Shown here piece by piece: positions 25,377 to 37,742 of a stretch of DNA of 64,000 nt. The notes below the pieces were generated by a model. That model was not told the origin of the DNA. It was given only the letters and a program-made list of their open reading frames with translations, and did not search any database. The position numbers and the translations under genes are program-made. Within the stretch, counting starts at the first letter, position 1; each line of letters begins with the position of its first letter. Origin of the DNA: Escherichia coli (GTDB lineage Bacteria; Pseudomonadota; Gammaproteobacteria; Enterobacterales; Enterobacteriaceae). Location of the stretch: assembly GCF_045037415.1 (NCBI RefSeq), contig NZ_CP173438.1; one strand, written 5' to 3'.

Positions 25377-25913
25377 TCAGAACGGAATATCGTCATCAAA
25401 GTCCATCGGCGGCTCGTTAGACGGCGCTGCCGGAGCGGACTGCTGCGGGCGAGACTGCGCGCCGCCGCTGAACTGATTGCCACCCTGCGGCTGCTGAGGC
25501 TGACCCCAACCGCCCTGCGGCTGACCACCACCGATATTGCCACCTGCAGGAGCGCCACCACCCTGACGACCACCCAGCATCTGCATGGTGCCGCCAACGT
25601 TCACCACGACTTCTGTGGTATAGCGATCCTGACCGGATTGATCGGTCCATTTGCGGGTACGCAGCTGACCTTCGATATAAACCTGAGAACCTTTACGCAG
25701 ATATTCGCTGGCTACTTCTGCCAGTTTGCCGAACAGCACAACGCGGTGCCATTCAGTCTGCTCTTTCATCTCGCCGGTGGCTTTATCACGCCAGGATTCG
25801 GAAGTAGCCAGCGTAATGTTGGCAACTGCGCCACCATTTGGCATGTAGCGTACTTCCGGGTCCTGACCCAGATTACCAACGAGAATAACCTTGTTTACGC
25901 CTCTGCTGGCCAT
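25377..25913 (-). CDS. ssb: Single-stranded DNA-binding protein
   Basis: 178-aa [47 protein letters not shown] with Gly/Gln-rich tail ending DFDDDIPF. Confidence 0.97.
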   Translation of the reverse strand: MASRGVNKVILVGNLGQDPEVRYMPNGGAVANITLATSESWRDKATGEMKEQTEWHRVVLFGKLAEVASEYLRKGSQVYIEGQLRTRKWTDQSGQDRYTTEVVVNVGGTMQMLGGRQGGGAPAGGNIGGGQPQGGWGQPQQPQGGNQFSGGAQSRPQQSAPAAPSNEPPMDFDDDIPF

Positions 25914-26064
25914 GTTCGTGTCTCCTGAAAAAAAATCGTTCTGAATAAGTGTAAACGCGCGATTGTACCATTACCAATAGCGCTTTTACTATGTTGTGAC
26001 CTCGGTTCCGGGAAACAAACCTGGCCAGACATTGTTACACAACACTCCGGGTAATGCATTCCAA

Positions 26065-26084
26065 TACTGTATATTCATTCAGGT
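26065..26084. promoter_or_regulatory. LexA (SOS) box in the divergent ssb / uvrA promoter region
   Basis: TACTGTATATTCATTCAGGT, matching CTGT-N8-ACAG, ~85 bp upstream of uvrA start. Confidence 0.8.
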
Positions 26085-26167
26085 TAATTTGTGTCATAAT
26101 TAACCGTTTGTGATCGCCGGTAGCACCATGCCACCGGGCAAAAAAGCGTTTAATCCGGGAAAGGTGA

Positions 26168-28990
26168 ATGGATAAGATCGAAGTTCGGGGCGCCCGCACC
26201 CATAATCTCAAAAACATCAACCTCGTTATCCCCCGCGACAAGCTCATTGTCGTGACCGGGCTTTCGGGTTCTGGCAAATCCTCGCTCGCTTTCGACACCT
26301 TATATGCCGAAGGGCAGCGCCGTTACGTTGAATCCCTTTCCGCCTACGCGCGGCAGTTTCTGTCACTGATGGAGAAGCCGGACGTCGACCATATTGAGGG
26401 GCTTTCTCCTGCCATCTCAATTGAGCAGAAATCGACGTCTCATAACCCGCGCTCTACGGTGGGGACAATCACCGAAATCCACGACTATTTGCGTCTGCTG
26501 TACGCTCGCGTTGGTGAGCCGCGCTGCCCGGACCACGATGTACCGCTGGCGGCGCAAACCGTCAGTCAGATGGTGGATAACGTGTTGTCCCAGCCGGACG
26601 GCAAGCGTCTGATGCTGCTCGCGCCAATCATTAAAGAGCGCAAAGGCGAACACACCAAAACGCTGGAGAACCTGGCAAGCCAGGGTTACATCCGTGCTCG
26701 TATTGATGGCGAAGTCTGCGATCTTTCCGATCCGCCGAAACTGGAACTGCAAAAGAAACATACCATTGAAGTGGTGGTTGATCGCTTCAAAGTGCGTGAC
26801 GATCTTACCCAACGTCTTGCCGAGTCGTTTGAAACCGCGCTGGAGCTTTCCGGTGGTACCGCGGTAGTGGCGGATATGGACGACCCGAAAGCGGAAGAGC
26901 TGCTGTTCTCCGCCAACTTTGCCTGCCCGATTTGCGGTTACAGTATGCGCGAGCTGGAACCTCGCCTGTTTTCATTTAACAACCCGGCGGGAGCCTGCCC
27001 GACCTGTGACGGACTTGGCGTACAGCAATATTTCGATCCTGACCGCGTGATCCAGAATCCGGAATTATCGCTGGCTGGCGGTGCGATCCGTGGCTGGGAT
27101 CGCCGCAACTTCTATTATTTCCAGATGCTGAAATCGCTGGCAGATCACTATAAGTTCGACGTCGAAGCGCCGTGGGGCAGCCTGAGCGCGAACGTGCATA
27201 AAGTGGTGTTGTACGGTTCTGGCAAAGAAAATATTGAATTCAAATACATGAACGATCGTGGCGATACCTCCATTCGTCGTCATCCGTTCGAAGGCGTGCT
27301 GCACAATATGGAGCGCCGTTATAAAGAGACGGAATCCAGCGCGGTACGTGAAGAATTAGCCAAGTTTATCAGCAATCGTCCGTGCGCCAGCTGCGAAGGA
27401 ACCCGTCTGCGTCGGGAAGCACGCCACGTGTATGTCGAGAATACGCCGCTGCCCGCCATCTCCGACATGAGCATCGGTCATGCGATGGAATTCTTCAACA
27501 ATCTCAAACTCGCAGGTCAGCGGGCGAAGATTGCAGAAAAAATCCTTAAAGAGATCGGCGATCGTCTGAAATTCCTCGTTAACGTCGGCCTGAATTACCT
27601 GACACTTTCCCGCTCAGCAGAGACACTTTCCGGCGGTGAAGCCCAGCGTATTCGTCTGGCGAGCCAGATTGGTGCAGGCCTGGTTGGCGTGATGTACGTG
27701 CTGGATGAGCCGTCTATCGGCCTGCACCAGCGCGATAACGAGCGCCTGCTGGGTACGCTTATCCATCTGCGCGATCTCGGTAATACCGTGATTGTGGTGG
27801 AGCACGACGAAGACGCGATTCGCGCCGCTGATCATGTGATCGATATCGGTCCGGGTGCGGGTGTTCACGGCGGTGAAGTCGTCGCGGAAGGTCCGCTGGA
27901 AGCAATAATGGCGGTGCCTGAGTCGTTGACCGGGCAGTACATGAGCGGTAAACGCAAGATTGAGGTGCCGAAGAAACGCGTTCCGGCAAATCCGGAAAAA
28001 GTGCTGAAACTGACGGGCGCACGCGGCAACAACCTGAAAGACGTGACGCTGACGCTGCCGGTGGGTCTGTTTACCTGCATTACCGGAGTTTCAGGTTCCG
28101 GTAAATCAACGCTGATTAACGACACACTGTTCCCAATTGCCCAACGCCAGTTGAATGGTGCGACCATCGCCGAACCAGCACCGTATCGCGATATTCAGGG
28201 GCTGGAGCATTTCGATAAAGTGATCGATATCGACCAAAGCCCAATTGGTCGTACTCCGCGTTCTAACCCGGCGACCTATACCGGCGTGTTTACGCCTGTG
28301 CGCGAACTGTTTGCGGGCGTACCGGAATCCCGTGCGCGTGGTTATACGCCAGGACGTTTCAGCTTTAACGTTCGCGGCGGACGCTGCGAAGCCTGTCAGG
28401 GCGACGGCGTGATCAAAGTGGAGATGCACTTCCTGCCGGACATTTACGTACCGTGCGACCAGTGCAAAGGCAAACGCTATAACCGTGAAACGCTGGAGAT
28501 TAAGTACAAAGGCAAAACCATCCACGAAGTGCTGGATATGACCATCGAAGAGGCGCGTGAGTTCTTTGATGCGGTGCCAGCTCTGGCACGTAAGCTGCAA
28601 ACATTGATGGACGTTGGTCTGACGTATATTCGTCTGGGTCAGTCCGCAACCACACTTTCTGGTGGTGAAGCCCAGCGCGTGAAGCTGGCGCGTGAGCTGT
28701 CAAAACGCGGCACCGGGCAGACGCTGTATATTCTCGACGAGCCGACCACCGGTCTGCACTTCGCCGATATTCAGCAACTGCTCGACGTACTGCATAAACT
28801 GCGCGATCAGGGCAATACCATTGTGGTAATTGAGCACAATCTCGACGTGATCAAAACCGCTGACTGGATTGTCGACCTGGGACCAGAAGGCGGCAGTGGG
28901 GGCGGCGAAATCCTCGTCTCCGGTACGCCAGAAACCGTCGCAGAGTGCGAAGCTTCGCATACGGCGCGCTTCCTCAAGCCGATGCTGTAA
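26168..28990 (+). CDS. uvrA: Excinuclease ABC subunit A
   Basis: 940-aa [42 protein letters not shown] with two ABC ATPase modules. Confidence 0.97.
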   Translation: MDKIEVRGARTHNLKNINLVIPRDKLIVVTGLSGSGKSSLAFDTLYAEGQRRYVESLSAYARQFLSLMEKPDVDHIEGLSPAISIEQKSTSHNPRSTVGTITEIHDYLRLLYARVGEPRCPDHDVPLAAQTVSQMVDNVLSQPDGKRLMLLAPIIKERKGEHTKTLENLASQGYIRARIDGEVCDLSDPPKLELQKKHTIEVVVDRFKVRDDLTQRLAESFETALELSGGTAVVADMDDPKAEELLFSANFACPICGYSMRELEPRLFSFNNPAGACPTCDGLGVQQYFDPDRVIQNPELSLAGGAIRGWDRRNFYYFQMLKSLADHYKFDVEAPWGSLSANVHKVVLYGSGKENIEFKYMNDRGDTSIRRHPFEGVLHNMERRYKETESSAVREELAKFISNRPCASCEGTRLRREARHVYVENTPLPAISDMSIGHAMEFFNNLKLAGQRAKIAEKILKEIGDRLKFLVNVGLNYLTLSRSAETLSGGEAQRIRLASQIGAGLVGVMYVLDEPSIGLHQRDNERLLGTLIHLRDLGNTVIVVEHDEDAIRAADHVIDIGPGAGVHGGEVVAEGPLEAIMAVPESLTGQYMSGKRKIEVPKKRVPANPEKVLKLTGARGNNLKDVTLTLPVGLFTCITGVSGSGKSTLINDTLFPIAQRQLNGATIAEPAPYRDIQGLEHFDKVIDIDQSPIGRTPRSNPATYTGVFTPVRELFAGVPESRARGYTPGRFSFNVRGGRCEACQGDGVIKVEMHFLPDIYVPCDQCKGKRYNRETLEIKYKGKTIHEVLDMTIEEAREFFDAVPALARKLQTLMDVGLTYIRLGQSATTLSGGEAQRVKLARELSKRGTGQTLYILDEPTTGLHFADIQQLLDVLHKLRDQGNTIVVIEHNLDVIKTADWIVDLGPEGGSGGGEILVSGTPETVAECEASHTARFLKPML

Positions 28991-28995
28991 TCGTT

Positions 28996-29026
28996 AAGGC
29001 CGCTTTCTGAGCGGCCTTCTTCTTTC
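28996..29026. terminator. Bidirectional terminator between convergent uvrA and yjbR
   Basis: Stem aaggccgc/gcggcctt with 7-nt loop, followed by tcttctttc. Confidence 0.55.
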
Positions 29027-29381
29027 AGAGTTGCACCAGCAATTTACGTTTTTCTTCCGGCAGCAAATTCACCGCCTGCTGATAAGACGCATCCACCAGA
29101 TAATAGATTTGCGAATCCGGCAGCGATCCGTCGAGATACACGGTGCTCCAGTGTGCTTTGTTCAGATGGCGGCTTGGACGCACATCGCTGTGCTGCTGAC
29201 GTAGCAGCTCCGCCAGCTCCGGGCTGGTTTTCAGCGAAACAGCTGGGCGATTTTCTACTTCTTTCACCATCGCAAACAGCACATCTTCCACTTTGATCTG
29301 CGTCGCTTTCCAGTCGTTATGCACGCTCTGTTCTGCGCCTGGTTTTGCCATGCAATATTGTAGCAACTCCAAAATGGTCAT
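29025..29381 (-). CDS. yjbR: YjbR (DUF419, MmcQ/YjbR family) protein
   Basis: 118-aa ORF in the conserved position next to uvrA. Confidence 0.8.
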   Translation of the reverse strand: MTILELLQYCMAKPGAEQSVHNDWKATQIKVEDVLFAMVKEVENRPAVSLKTSPELAELLRQQHSDVRPSRHLNKAHWSTVYLDGSLPDSQIYYLVDASYQQAVNLLPEEKRKLLVQL

Positions 29382-29384
29382 TTT

Positions 29385-29801
29385 TTACTCCCCTTGAAGT
29401 GTCGCGATGATGCGACGCGATCCGCCGTGGATGCGATGTTCCCCCAGCCAGATGCCTTGCCAGGTGCCGGTCTGAATACGCCCTTTATGCACCGGCAATA
29501 CAAGCGATGTTCCCAGCATTGAGGATTTGATATGAGAAGGCATATCGTCTGCTCCCTCATAGTCATGCTCATAATTTCCGTTGTCGGGAACGGCGCGGAG
29601 GAAAAAACGCTCCATGTCGTGGCGTACGGTGGGATCGCAGTTCTCATTAAGTGTCAGAGAGGCGGAGGTATGTTGCAGCAACAGATGCAGTAAACCGATG
29701 TTAACGCGCGGCATATCAGCCAGCTGATTCAGAATTTCATCCGTTACCAGATGAAACCCACGAGATTTGGCGCTAAGCGTGAGCGTCTTTTGATACCACA
29801 T
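29385..29801 (-). CDS. yjbQ: YjbQ (UPF0047 family) protein
   Basis: 138-aa [26 protein letters not shown], conserved small protein. Confidence 0.8.
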   Translation of the reverse strand: MWYQKTLTLSAKSRGFHLVTDEILNQLADMPRVNIGLLHLLLQHTSASLTLNENCDPTVRHDMERFFLRAVPDNGNYEHDYEGADDMPSHIKSSMLGTSLVLPVHKGRIQTGTWQGIWLGEHRIHGGSRRIIATLQGE

Positions 29802-29911
29802 GTGCTGCTCCTTGATAAAACTCTCTTAATCAGTTTGCAGCAAGACAGCGAAAGGATAAAGGTGTGATTAAAAAAACAGCATTCGGGAGAGTATTACGCT
29901 CTCCCGCTCTG

Positions 29912-30721
<810 letters not shown>

Positions 30722-30901
30722 TTATCTGCGGATTTGTCACATAAAAAGAGCATGATCACATTTGGAATACCTGTGCGATAAACCACACATTGCCACGGTT
30801 ATTCTGCTTACACATTCACACAATGGCACTCTTTTGGTTCTCGCAAACATTGTTCAGGGAATATACTGATGATAAATATAAATGCATTCAATGGATGATG
30901 A

Positions 30902-32722
30902 ATGAAAATATCGTGGAATTATATATTTAAGAACAAATGGCGATTTCACATTACAAGCATTTCACTTTTTCTTATCATGCTCGCGGTTTCAATCGCTTTT
31001 TTGCACTTGCGTTTTAATACCTTGTCCGGTACCGATAAAATGCGGCTTGAAATGTATAAGTCCACATTATATTCCACCATCGAGCAATTTTATGTTTTAC
31101 CCTATATGCTCTCAACAGACCATATCATCCGTCAGGCGGTAATTACGCCTGACGATATGACGTCCAGCGAACTCAATCAACGAATTGCACATTTCAATAC
31201 TCAACTCAAAACCGCAGCAATATTTATTCTGGATACCCAAGGTAAGGCCATCGCTTCTAGTAACTGGCAGGACCCCGGCAGCTATGTAGGGCAAAATTAT
31301 AGCTATCGCCCCTATTATAAACACGCCATGTCTGGCTTAAATGGACGCTTTTACGGTATTGGTAGCACTACGAATACACCGGGATTCTTCCTCTCTACAA
31401 GTATAAAAGATAAAGGAAAAATTGTCGGTGTTGTAGTAGTAAAAATAAGTCTTAATGAAATTGAAAAAGCATGGGCCGAAGGTCCTGAAAATATTATCGT
31501 GAATGATGAACATGGGATTATATTTTTAAGTTCAAAATCGCCATGGCGAATGCGAACACTGCAACCGTTACCTGTTCAGGCAAAACAAAAACTACAATCT
31601 ACCCGCCAATATAGTCTCGACAATCTTTTACCGGCGGATTATTATCCCTGTTATACCGTGAGCAATTTTACTTTCCTGAAAGATAAAAAAGAACAACTCT
31701 GTTTATTCCCGCAATATTATACGCAACAAATAGCCATTCCAGAATTTAACTGGAAAATGACAATTATGGTCCCCTTAGATAACCTGTACTGGTCATGGGC
31801 TATTTCGTTAGTCATTACACTAATTATTTACCTGCTGTTTTTGTTATTTATTAAATACTGGAGAATGCGATCTCATGCACAACAATTATTAACACTGGCG
31901 AATGAAACATTAGAAAAACAGGTTAAAGAGCGTACATCTGCCCTGGAATTGATCAATCAAAAATTAATACAGGAGATAAAAGAGCGCAGTCAGGCTGAAC
32001 AAGTATTACAAATTACGCGTAGTGAACTGGCAGAGTCCAGCAAACTGGCGGCGCTTGGACAGATGGCAACCGAAATTGCCCATGAACAAAATCAACCGTT
32101 AGCCGCCATTCACGCACTTACTGATAACGCGCGTACTATGCTAAAAAAAGAGATGTATCCACAGGTTGAACAGAATCTGAAACACATTATTTCCGTGATT
32201 GAGCGGATGACGCAGCTCATTTCCGAACTTAAAGCATTTGCCTCGCGCCATCGCGTACCTAAAGGTTCTGCCGATGTCATCAAAGTGATGTATAGCGCCG
32301 TGGCGTTACTTAATCACAGCATGGAGAAAAATAACATTGAGCGACGAATAAAAGCCCCATCCATGCCGTTATTTGTCAATTGCGATGAACTCGGTCTTGA
32401 ACAGATATTCAGTAATTTAATTAGCAACGCCTTAGATTCTATGGAAGGTAGCTCTTACAAACGACTGGATATCGCCATTCGCCAGGCAAATAACAAAGTT
32501 ATTATTACCATTAAAGACAGCGGTGGCGGTTTTGCACCTGAAGTTGTCGATCGCATATTTGAACCATTTTTTACCACTAAACGTAGAGGAATGGGGTTGG
32601 GACTGGCAATAGTCAGCGAAATTGTCCGAAATTCGAACGGCGCACTCCACGCCAGTAATCATCCTGAAGGCGGCGCAGTAATGACATTAACCTGGCCTGA
32701 ATGGGGAGAAAAACATGAATAA
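30902..32722 (+). CDS. kguS: Sensor histidine kinase, likely KguS of the alpha-ketoglutarate island
   Basis: 606-aa ORF with N-terminal TM, periplasmic domain, second TM, and HisKA/HATPase region (ATEIAHEQNQPLAAI H-box, DSGGGF, GMGLGLA). Confidence 0.7.
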   Translation: MKISWNYIFKNKWRFHITSISLFLIMLAVSIAFLHLRFNTLSGTDKMRLEMYKSTLYSTIEQFYVLPYMLSTDHIIRQAVITPDDMTSSELNQRIAHFNTQLKTAAIFILDTQGKAIASSNWQDPGSYVGQNYSYRPYYKHAMSGLNGRFYGIGSTTNTPGFFLSTSIKDKGKIVGVVVVKISLNEIEKAWAEGPENIIVNDEHGIIFLSSKSPWRMRTLQPLPVQAKQKLQSTRQYSLDNLLPADYYPCYTVSNFTFLKDKKEQLCLFPQYYTQQIAIPEFNWKMTIMVPLDNLYWSWAISLVITLIIYLLFLLFIKYWRMRSHAQQLLTLANETLEKQVKERTSALELINQKLIQEIKERSQAEQVLQITRSELAESSKLAALGQMATEIAHEQNQPLAAIHALTDNARTMLKKEMYPQVEQNLKHIISVIERMTQLISELKAFASRHRVPKGSADVIKVMYSAVALLNHSMEKNNIERRIKAPSMPLFVNCDELGLEQIFSNLISNALDSMEGSSYKRLDIAIRQANNKVIITIKDSGGGFAPEVVDRIFEPFFTTKRRGMGLGLAIVSEIVRNSNGALHASNHPEGGAVMTLTWPEWGEKHE

Positions 32723-34073
32723 TAAATTCAGTGAAATTACTATAGTTTATATTGAGGATAGTGACGATGTACGTTTTGCCTGTGAACAAACGCTCACGCT
32801 GGCTGGTTATCGCGTTATTTCCTGTTGCGATGCAGAACACAGTATTCCCCTTATTCAAAGTCAGGCCAACATTATTATACTGACCGATGTCAGGTTACCT
32901 GGAATATCAGGACTAGAGCTCCTCAGTTACATCAACGAAATGGATAGCAAAATTCCGGTTATTTTAATTACCGGACACGGTGACGTGGAAATGGCGGTGG
33001 ATGCCATGCGTAATGGTGCATTCGATTTCATTGAGAAACCAAGTAGCTCAGATAAATTATTGAGTATTATTGCCAGAGCGGTAGAAAAACGGCGATTGGT
33101 TTTAGAAAATCAGCAATTACTGGCGAATCTGCAACAGGAAAATGGCCCGGTGCTGATTGGTCGTAGTCCGCAGATGCAGCAACTGCGTAAAATGATCCTT
33201 AATGTCGCAGATACCGGTGCCGATGTCCTTATTTATGGTGAAACAGGTTGTGGTAAAGAAGTCGTCGCCAGAATGCTGCATCACTGGAGTACCCGCCGTC
33301 AGGGGCAGTTTGTTGCCTTAAACTGTGCAGGCTTACCAGAAACGTTGTTTGAAAGCGAAATATTTGGTCATGAGGCGGGCGCATTTACCGGTGCGGTTAA
33401 AAAGCGTATTGGAAAAATTGAACATGCAAATGGTGGTACGTTATTTCTCGATGAAATAGAGGGAATGCCATCAGGAATGCAGGTAAAACTGCTACGTGTA
33501 TTGCAGGAAAGAACCATTGAACGATTAGGTGCCAATCAATTAATTCCGGTGAATTGCCGTGTTATTGCAGCGACCAAGGAAGATTTACTGCGTCGCAGCG
33601 AAGAACATCTGTTTCGTCTCGATCTCTATTATCGTCTGAATGTGGTTAGCCTGAATATTCCACCTCTACGCCAGCGACGAGAAGATATCCCTGAACTGTT
33701 TTACTGGTTCGCCAGTCAGGCGGCACAAAAATATAATCGTCCTCTGCCTGATATTTCTCCCATGTTACTGGCCTGGTTGCAGTCACAAAGTTGGCCTGGC
33801 AATGTACGTGAACTTAAACACAATGCAGAGCGTTTTGTTCTCGGTTTACTGACCCACCACCAGCCAGTGCCAATGACTCAGCAAGAAGAGAGTGGTCTTA
33901 CCGCCTGCATTGATGCTTTCGAGAAAAAGTTAATCGAAGATATGCTGCGACAAACGGAAGGCCAGGTCAGTTTGACAGCGCGGCTATTACAGCTGCCGCG
34001 CAAGACTTTATATGACAAACTCAACAAACATCAGATTCAACCGCAAGTTTATCGACCAGAATCATCCAGCTAA
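32715..34073 (+). CDS. kguR: Sigma-54-dependent response regulator (NtrC family), likely KguR
   Basis: Receiver domain, AAA+ sigma-54 activation domain (GETGCGKE Walker A, GAFTGA motif in EAGAFTGAVKK), C-terminal HTH; 8-bp overlap with kinase gene. Confidence 0.8.
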   Translation: MNNKFSEITIVYIEDSDDVRFACEQTLTLAGYRVISCCDAEHSIPLIQSQANIIILTDVRLPGISGLELLSYINEMDSKIPVILITGHGDVEMAVDAMRNGAFDFIEKPSSSDKLLSIIARAVEKRRLVLENQQLLANLQQENGPVLIGRSPQMQQLRKMILNVADTGADVLIYGETGCGKEVVARMLHHWSTRRQGQFVALNCAGLPETLFESEIFGHEAGAFTGAVKKRIGKIEHANGGTLFLDEIEGMPSGMQVKLLRVLQERTIERLGANQLIPVNCRVIAATKEDLLRRSEEHLFRLDLYYRLNVVSLNIPPLRQRREDIPELFYWFASQAAQKYNRPLPDISPMLLAWLQSQSWPGNVRELKHNAERFVLGLLTHHQPVPMTQQEESGLTACIDAFEKKLIEDMLRQTEGQVSLTARLLQLPRKTLYDKLNKHQIQPQVYRPESSS

Positions 34074-35135
34074 TGCTGATTCCTGAGGATGTAACCCCAA
34101 ATCGATACCTTTGCGGGCGTAATGTTCAACTACCCAGGACCAGAATGATACCGGGATCGTAATCATCTTCGCATTGCGTTCCCGGTTGGCAGCTTCTGGC
34201 ATACCGGGGTAAATCACCGGATTGCCGCCAGGTTGAGGCTGCGTAGCTAACAGATAATCCGCAAAGAACTGCCCTTTCTCCCCTGCCAGATCGGTGAATT
34301 GATCAGGATCGATAATCAACGCAAAAAGATGATTATGCGCAGATCCATCCGTCTGATGATCTTCGGCGATCGTGTCACCACCAGATAAGATCCCCGCCAT
34401 CATTTCAATCATCAGTGCCAGGCCAAATCCTTTATGCTCACCAAATGGCAGTAACGCCCCTGGAGGATTGCTGAATAACACCCCAGGATCATTGCTTGGA
34501 TTCCCCTGTGCATCAATCAATTGTCCCGGCGCGGCCTGCTTCCCGGTGGACGACATTACCCGTGCTTTATTTAGCGCCATGCTACTGGTGGCAAAATCAA
34601 CCAGAATCGGCGGACGCCCATCACTGAACGGCCAGGCAAAGCAGAAAGGGTTAGTGGTCATACGCGGTTCCGCACCGCCCCACGGGGCGACCAGTGCAGG
34701 ACGCCCGGTGACGTTACTCATGGCCAGCATCGCCAGGCCTTGATCAGCAACCATTTGCCCGTAATGCCCCATACGCCCTAAATGATGCGCATGGCACAAC
34801 GTTAACAGGCAAAAACCGCGGTGTTTTGTTTGTTCGATGGCAGCATTTACCGCCACTTTTCCGGCGTGTTGACCAAAGCCATTGTGGGCATGAAAACGCT
34901 GTAAATTACCTTCACTTGTTAAGCATTCCGGGCGGGCATTCGCGGTTACATCGCCACGAGCGATATTTTCCAGATATTTCGGTAGCAGCGTGACGCCGTG
35001 GCTGGCAAAGCCATAACGTTCCGCTTCAATCATATGTTCCGCCACATCCTGAGCGATATCGGCATCACAGCCATTAAGTTCCAGCAGCCCGGCAGCTAAC
35101 CAACGCACTTTTTCAACAGCAATTTGTAATGACAT
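34062..35135 (-). CDS. Ldh_2-family (malate/L-lactate/sulfolactate dehydrogenase-like) oxidoreductase
   Basis: Start set at MSLQIAVEKV (357 aa) with SD GAGGAAAC upstream; sequence pattern of the Ldh_2 family; last gene of the transporter unit. Confidence 0.65.
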   Translation of the reverse strand: MSLQIAVEKVRWLAAGLLELNGCDADIAQDVAEHMIEAERYGFASHGVTLLPKYLENIARGDVTANARPECLTSEGNLQRFHAHNGFGQHAGKVAVNAAIEQTKHRGFCLLTLCHAHHLGRMGHYGQMVADQGLAMLAMSNVTGRPALVAPWGGAEPRMTTNPFCFAWPFSDGRPPILVDFATSSMALNKARVMSSTGKQAAPGQLIDAQGNPSNDPGVLFSNPPGALLPFGEHKGFGLALMIEMMAGILSGGDTIAEDHQTDGSAHNHLFALIIDPDQFTDLAGEKGQFFADYLLATQPQPGGNPVIYPGMPEAANRERNAKMITIPVSFWSWVVEHYARKGIDLGLHPQESALAG

Positions 35136-35146
35136 CGTTGGTTTCC

Positions 35147-36646
35147 TCACATTAGACCTAAAATTTTCCACCAGGTGGCGGCAAACAGTAGCAACAACAG
35201 GTAGCCGATTACCGTCAGGTACAGTCCCACACGGGTAAACTGGCGTGGCGTGAAGGTATCCGTACCCATACACACCATATTTTGTGGCGCGTTAATCGGC
35301 AGGATGAAGCCAAAACTGACACTGAAGGCGAGCAGAATGGTCATGCCGACCGGGTTAACGCCGAGTTCTGGCGGCAGACTGCTTAACAGGCTAATCAGGA
35401 TGGGCAGCAATGCGGCAGTTAGCGCAGTGGCACTGGCAAACCCCAGGTGAATGATTATCAAGAAAGCGGCGAGAATCGCGAAGATGGCAAGTGATGGTAA
35501 ACCGTCAAGACCAAAACCTTTCACCACATAGTTCGCCATCCATGAAGCTGCCTGTGTATCAAGCAACGTGGACCCCAGGCTGATACCAATACCAAACATC
35601 AGCAACGTGCCCCACTGCACACGTTTTTCGACCTCTTTCCAGCTCATTACACCGATGCCTGGCAGCAACATAATCGCCAGTCCGGCAAGGGTGACAGAGG
35701 TGGTATCAATACTGTGTAATTTTCCGCCAGTAGACCAAAAGAGCAGTAACAACAGCGAAATACCGATCAAGCGTTTTTCTTTACCGGTGGTTGGCCCTAA
35801 CTCTGCGAGTGCTTTTTTAATGGCCTCGCTCCCCCCTTCAACAGCTTCCGTTTCTGGCGGCAACAATTTACGTGCGAGGAAATAGAGGATCACCGACATG
35901 GTGAGGCTCCAGGGCGCGCCCGCTAACAGCCAGTCAAGCCAGCTGACAGAATGCCCGGCGCCGAAAGTTTTATTGATAAAACCGATAGAAAGCAGGTTTT
36001 GCGCCGACGAAGTTTGAATACCAACGTTCCAGATACTGGTCGCCTGGGCGATAACAATCATCATTGACGCCGCTAAACGTGAATGTTTATCCACCTTAAA
36101 TGCCGCAATGACCCCCATCATAATCGGCACCACGCAAGCCGTACGGGCAGTGGCACTGGGTACGACCAGGCTCAGGACGATGGTCACCACAATGGCACCG
36201 ATAATAATGCTGCGGCTACTGGCACCTATTTTCGACATAGTAAACAGCGCAATACGTTTATCCAGCCCGGTAATGGTCATTGCCGCCGCGATAAACATTG
36301 CTGCTGCCACCAGCGCCAGAGCAGAATTAGAAAAACCCGACAGAGTCATTTTCAGCGCTTTCGCGGTGCCAAGGATCGTGTCCGGGTGATTCATATCCGG
36401 GGCAAAACCAACCATAAAGATAATCAGTGCGGAAATAACAATTGCACTGGCGGTGTAATCCATCGCTTCGCTGATCCAGACAATAATGGCAAACACCAGA
36501 ATGGCGATCATATTTTGTCCGGCGACGGGCAAGGTATCGCCCAGAGGCAGAAGAGTAATAATAATTCCGGCAATGATCGCCAACCACAGGCCGGGATTAG
36601 GGATAATTCGACGCTTTTGTGGTGCGCCATGTGATATTGATGACAT
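35147..36646 (-). CDS. Anion permease (DASS/SLC13-like), candidate 2-oxoglutarate/dicarboxylate importer
   Basis: ~499-aa polytopic protein with internal duplicated hydrophobic halves; start at ATG 36646 with SD GAGGTG. Confidence 0.65.
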   Translation of the reverse strand: MSSISHGAPQKRRIIPNPGLWLAIIAGIIITLLPLGDTLPVAGQNMIAILVFAIIVWISEAMDYTASAIVISALIIFMVGFAPDMNHPDTILGTAKALKMTLSGFSNSALALVAAAMFIAAAMTITGLDKRIALFTMSKIGASSRSIIIGAIVVTIVLSLVVPSATARTACVVPIMMGVIAAFKVDKHSRLAASMMIVIAQATSIWNVGIQTSSAQNLLSIGFINKTFGAGHSVSWLDWLLAGAPWSLTMSVILYFLARKLLPPETEAVEGGSEAIKKALAELGPTTGKEKRLIGISLLLLLFWSTGGKLHSIDTTSVTLAGLAIMLLPGIGVMSWKEVEKRVQWGTLLMFGIGISLGSTLLDTQAASWMANYVVKGFGLDGLPSLAIFAILAAFLIIIHLGFASATALTAALLPILISLLSSLPPELGVNPVGMTILLAFSVSFGFILPINAPQNMVCMGTDTFTPRQFTRVGLYLTVIGYLLLLLFAATWWKILGLM

Positions 36647-36686
36647 ATTCACCTCATTGTGAAAAATAAAAAACCTGCCTGGCTAT

Positions 36687-36702
36687 TGCAGGAGCTATGC
36701 CA
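36687..36702 (-). promoter_or_regulatory. Candidate sigma-54 (-24/-12) promoter for the transporter/Ldh_2 unit
   Basis: Minus strand reads TGGCAT-AGCTC-CTGCA (GG-N10-GC spacing) ~40 bp upstream of the permease start. Confidence 0.45.
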
Positions 36703-36815
36703 TCTTTAATTTTTTAATAATGCTTTGTTATTTAATGATTTTATTATTTATTCTTTTTATTTTGTGCGCGGTTTTCCGCACAGTAAATAAAAGGTGATTC
36801 TCTTACCACACAGAT

Positions 36816-36839
36816 AAAAAAAGGGAGCGATATGCTCCC
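36816..36839 (-). terminator. Rho-independent terminator downstream of the sucD-like gene
   Basis: Minus strand: hairpin gggagc-atatc-gctccc followed by an 8-T run. Confidence 0.6.
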
Positions 36840-36857
36840 TTGATATTCATTTATGGA

Positions 36858-37730
36858 TTACTTAATAACATTCCATAACGTTTCGCCAAGCAACGCCGGG
36901 TTTCTTGTCCATGCCATGCCTGCTTTATCGAACGCACGGAATTTATCCTCTGCACTGCCGCTACCGCCAGAAATAATGGCTCCGGCGTGTCCCATGCGTT
37001 TTCCTTTTGGTGCAGTAACACCGGCAATATAACCTACGACCGGTTTATTCATATCATGGCGAATAAATTCCGCGGCCCGTTCTTCCGCATTACCACCAAT
37101 TTCACCGATCATAATTACCGCGTCTGTTTGCGGATCATTTTCGAATAAACGCAGCGCATCAATAAAGTTAGTCCCCGGAACCGGATCGCCGCCAATACCA
37201 ATACAGGTGGATTGCCCAAGTCCCAGCGCCGTGGTTTGCGCTACAGCTTCGTAGGTTAATGTACCGGAGCGGGAAACAATCCCAATACGCCCTGGGCGGT
37301 GGATTTCACCAGGCATAATCCCGATTTTGCACTCACCCGGCGTGATAACTCCTGGGCAGTTTGGCCCAATCAGCCGCACATCCGGGTGGCAGTCAAGCAG
37401 CCGACGAACTTTCACCATATCCAGTGTCGGTACACCTTCAGTGATCACCACAACCAATTTGACGCCAGCTTCAATAGCCTCAACAACAGAATCCAGCACA
37501 AACGGTGCAGGCACATAAATCACGCTGGCATCGGCCTCAGTTTGTCGCATCGCATCTTTCATTGAATCAAAAACCGGGCGATCCAGATGCCGTTGCCCGC
37601 CCTTACCAGGCGTCACTCCACCCACAATCTGCGTGCCATACGCAATAGCCTGCTCTGTATGAAATGTGCCGTTTTTGCCGGTAATGCCCTGCACCAGTAC
37701 CCGCGTGTGTTTGTTGATCAAAACGCTCAT
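36858..37730 (-). CDS. Succinyl-CoA synthetase alpha subunit paralogue
   Basis: 290-aa [36 protein letters not shown] with CoA-binding and phosphohistidine-loop pattern of SucD. Confidence 0.88.
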   Translation of the reverse strand: MSVLINKHTRVLVQGITGKNGTFHTEQAIAYGTQIVGGVTPGKGGQRHLDRPVFDSMKDAMRQTEADASVIYVPAPFVLDSVVEAIEAGVKLVVVITEGVPTLDMVKVRRLLDCHPDVRLIGPNCPGVITPGECKIGIMPGEIHRPGRIGIVSRSGTLTYEAVAQTTALGLGQSTCIGIGGDPVPGTNFIDALRLFENDPQTDAVIMIGEIGGNAEERAAEFIRHDMNKPVVGYIAGVTAPKGKRMGHAGAIISGGSGSAEDKFRAFDKAGMAWTRNPALLGETLWNVIK

Positions 37731-37742
37731 CTTAACCTCCTG

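Noticed and set aside
28106-28600. 164-aa minus-strand ORF inside uvrA
   Set aside because: Embedded antisense ORF within a confidently identified gene.
36083-36634. 183-aa His/Asn-rich plus-strand ORF
   Set aside because: Antisense to the island permease gene; low-complexity composition.
36653-36857. ctggctattgcagg on the plus strand as a sigma-54 promoter
   Set aside because: GG to GC spacing is only 6 nt and the orientation is wrong for the flanking minus-strand genes; the minus-strand match at 36687-36702 fits better.
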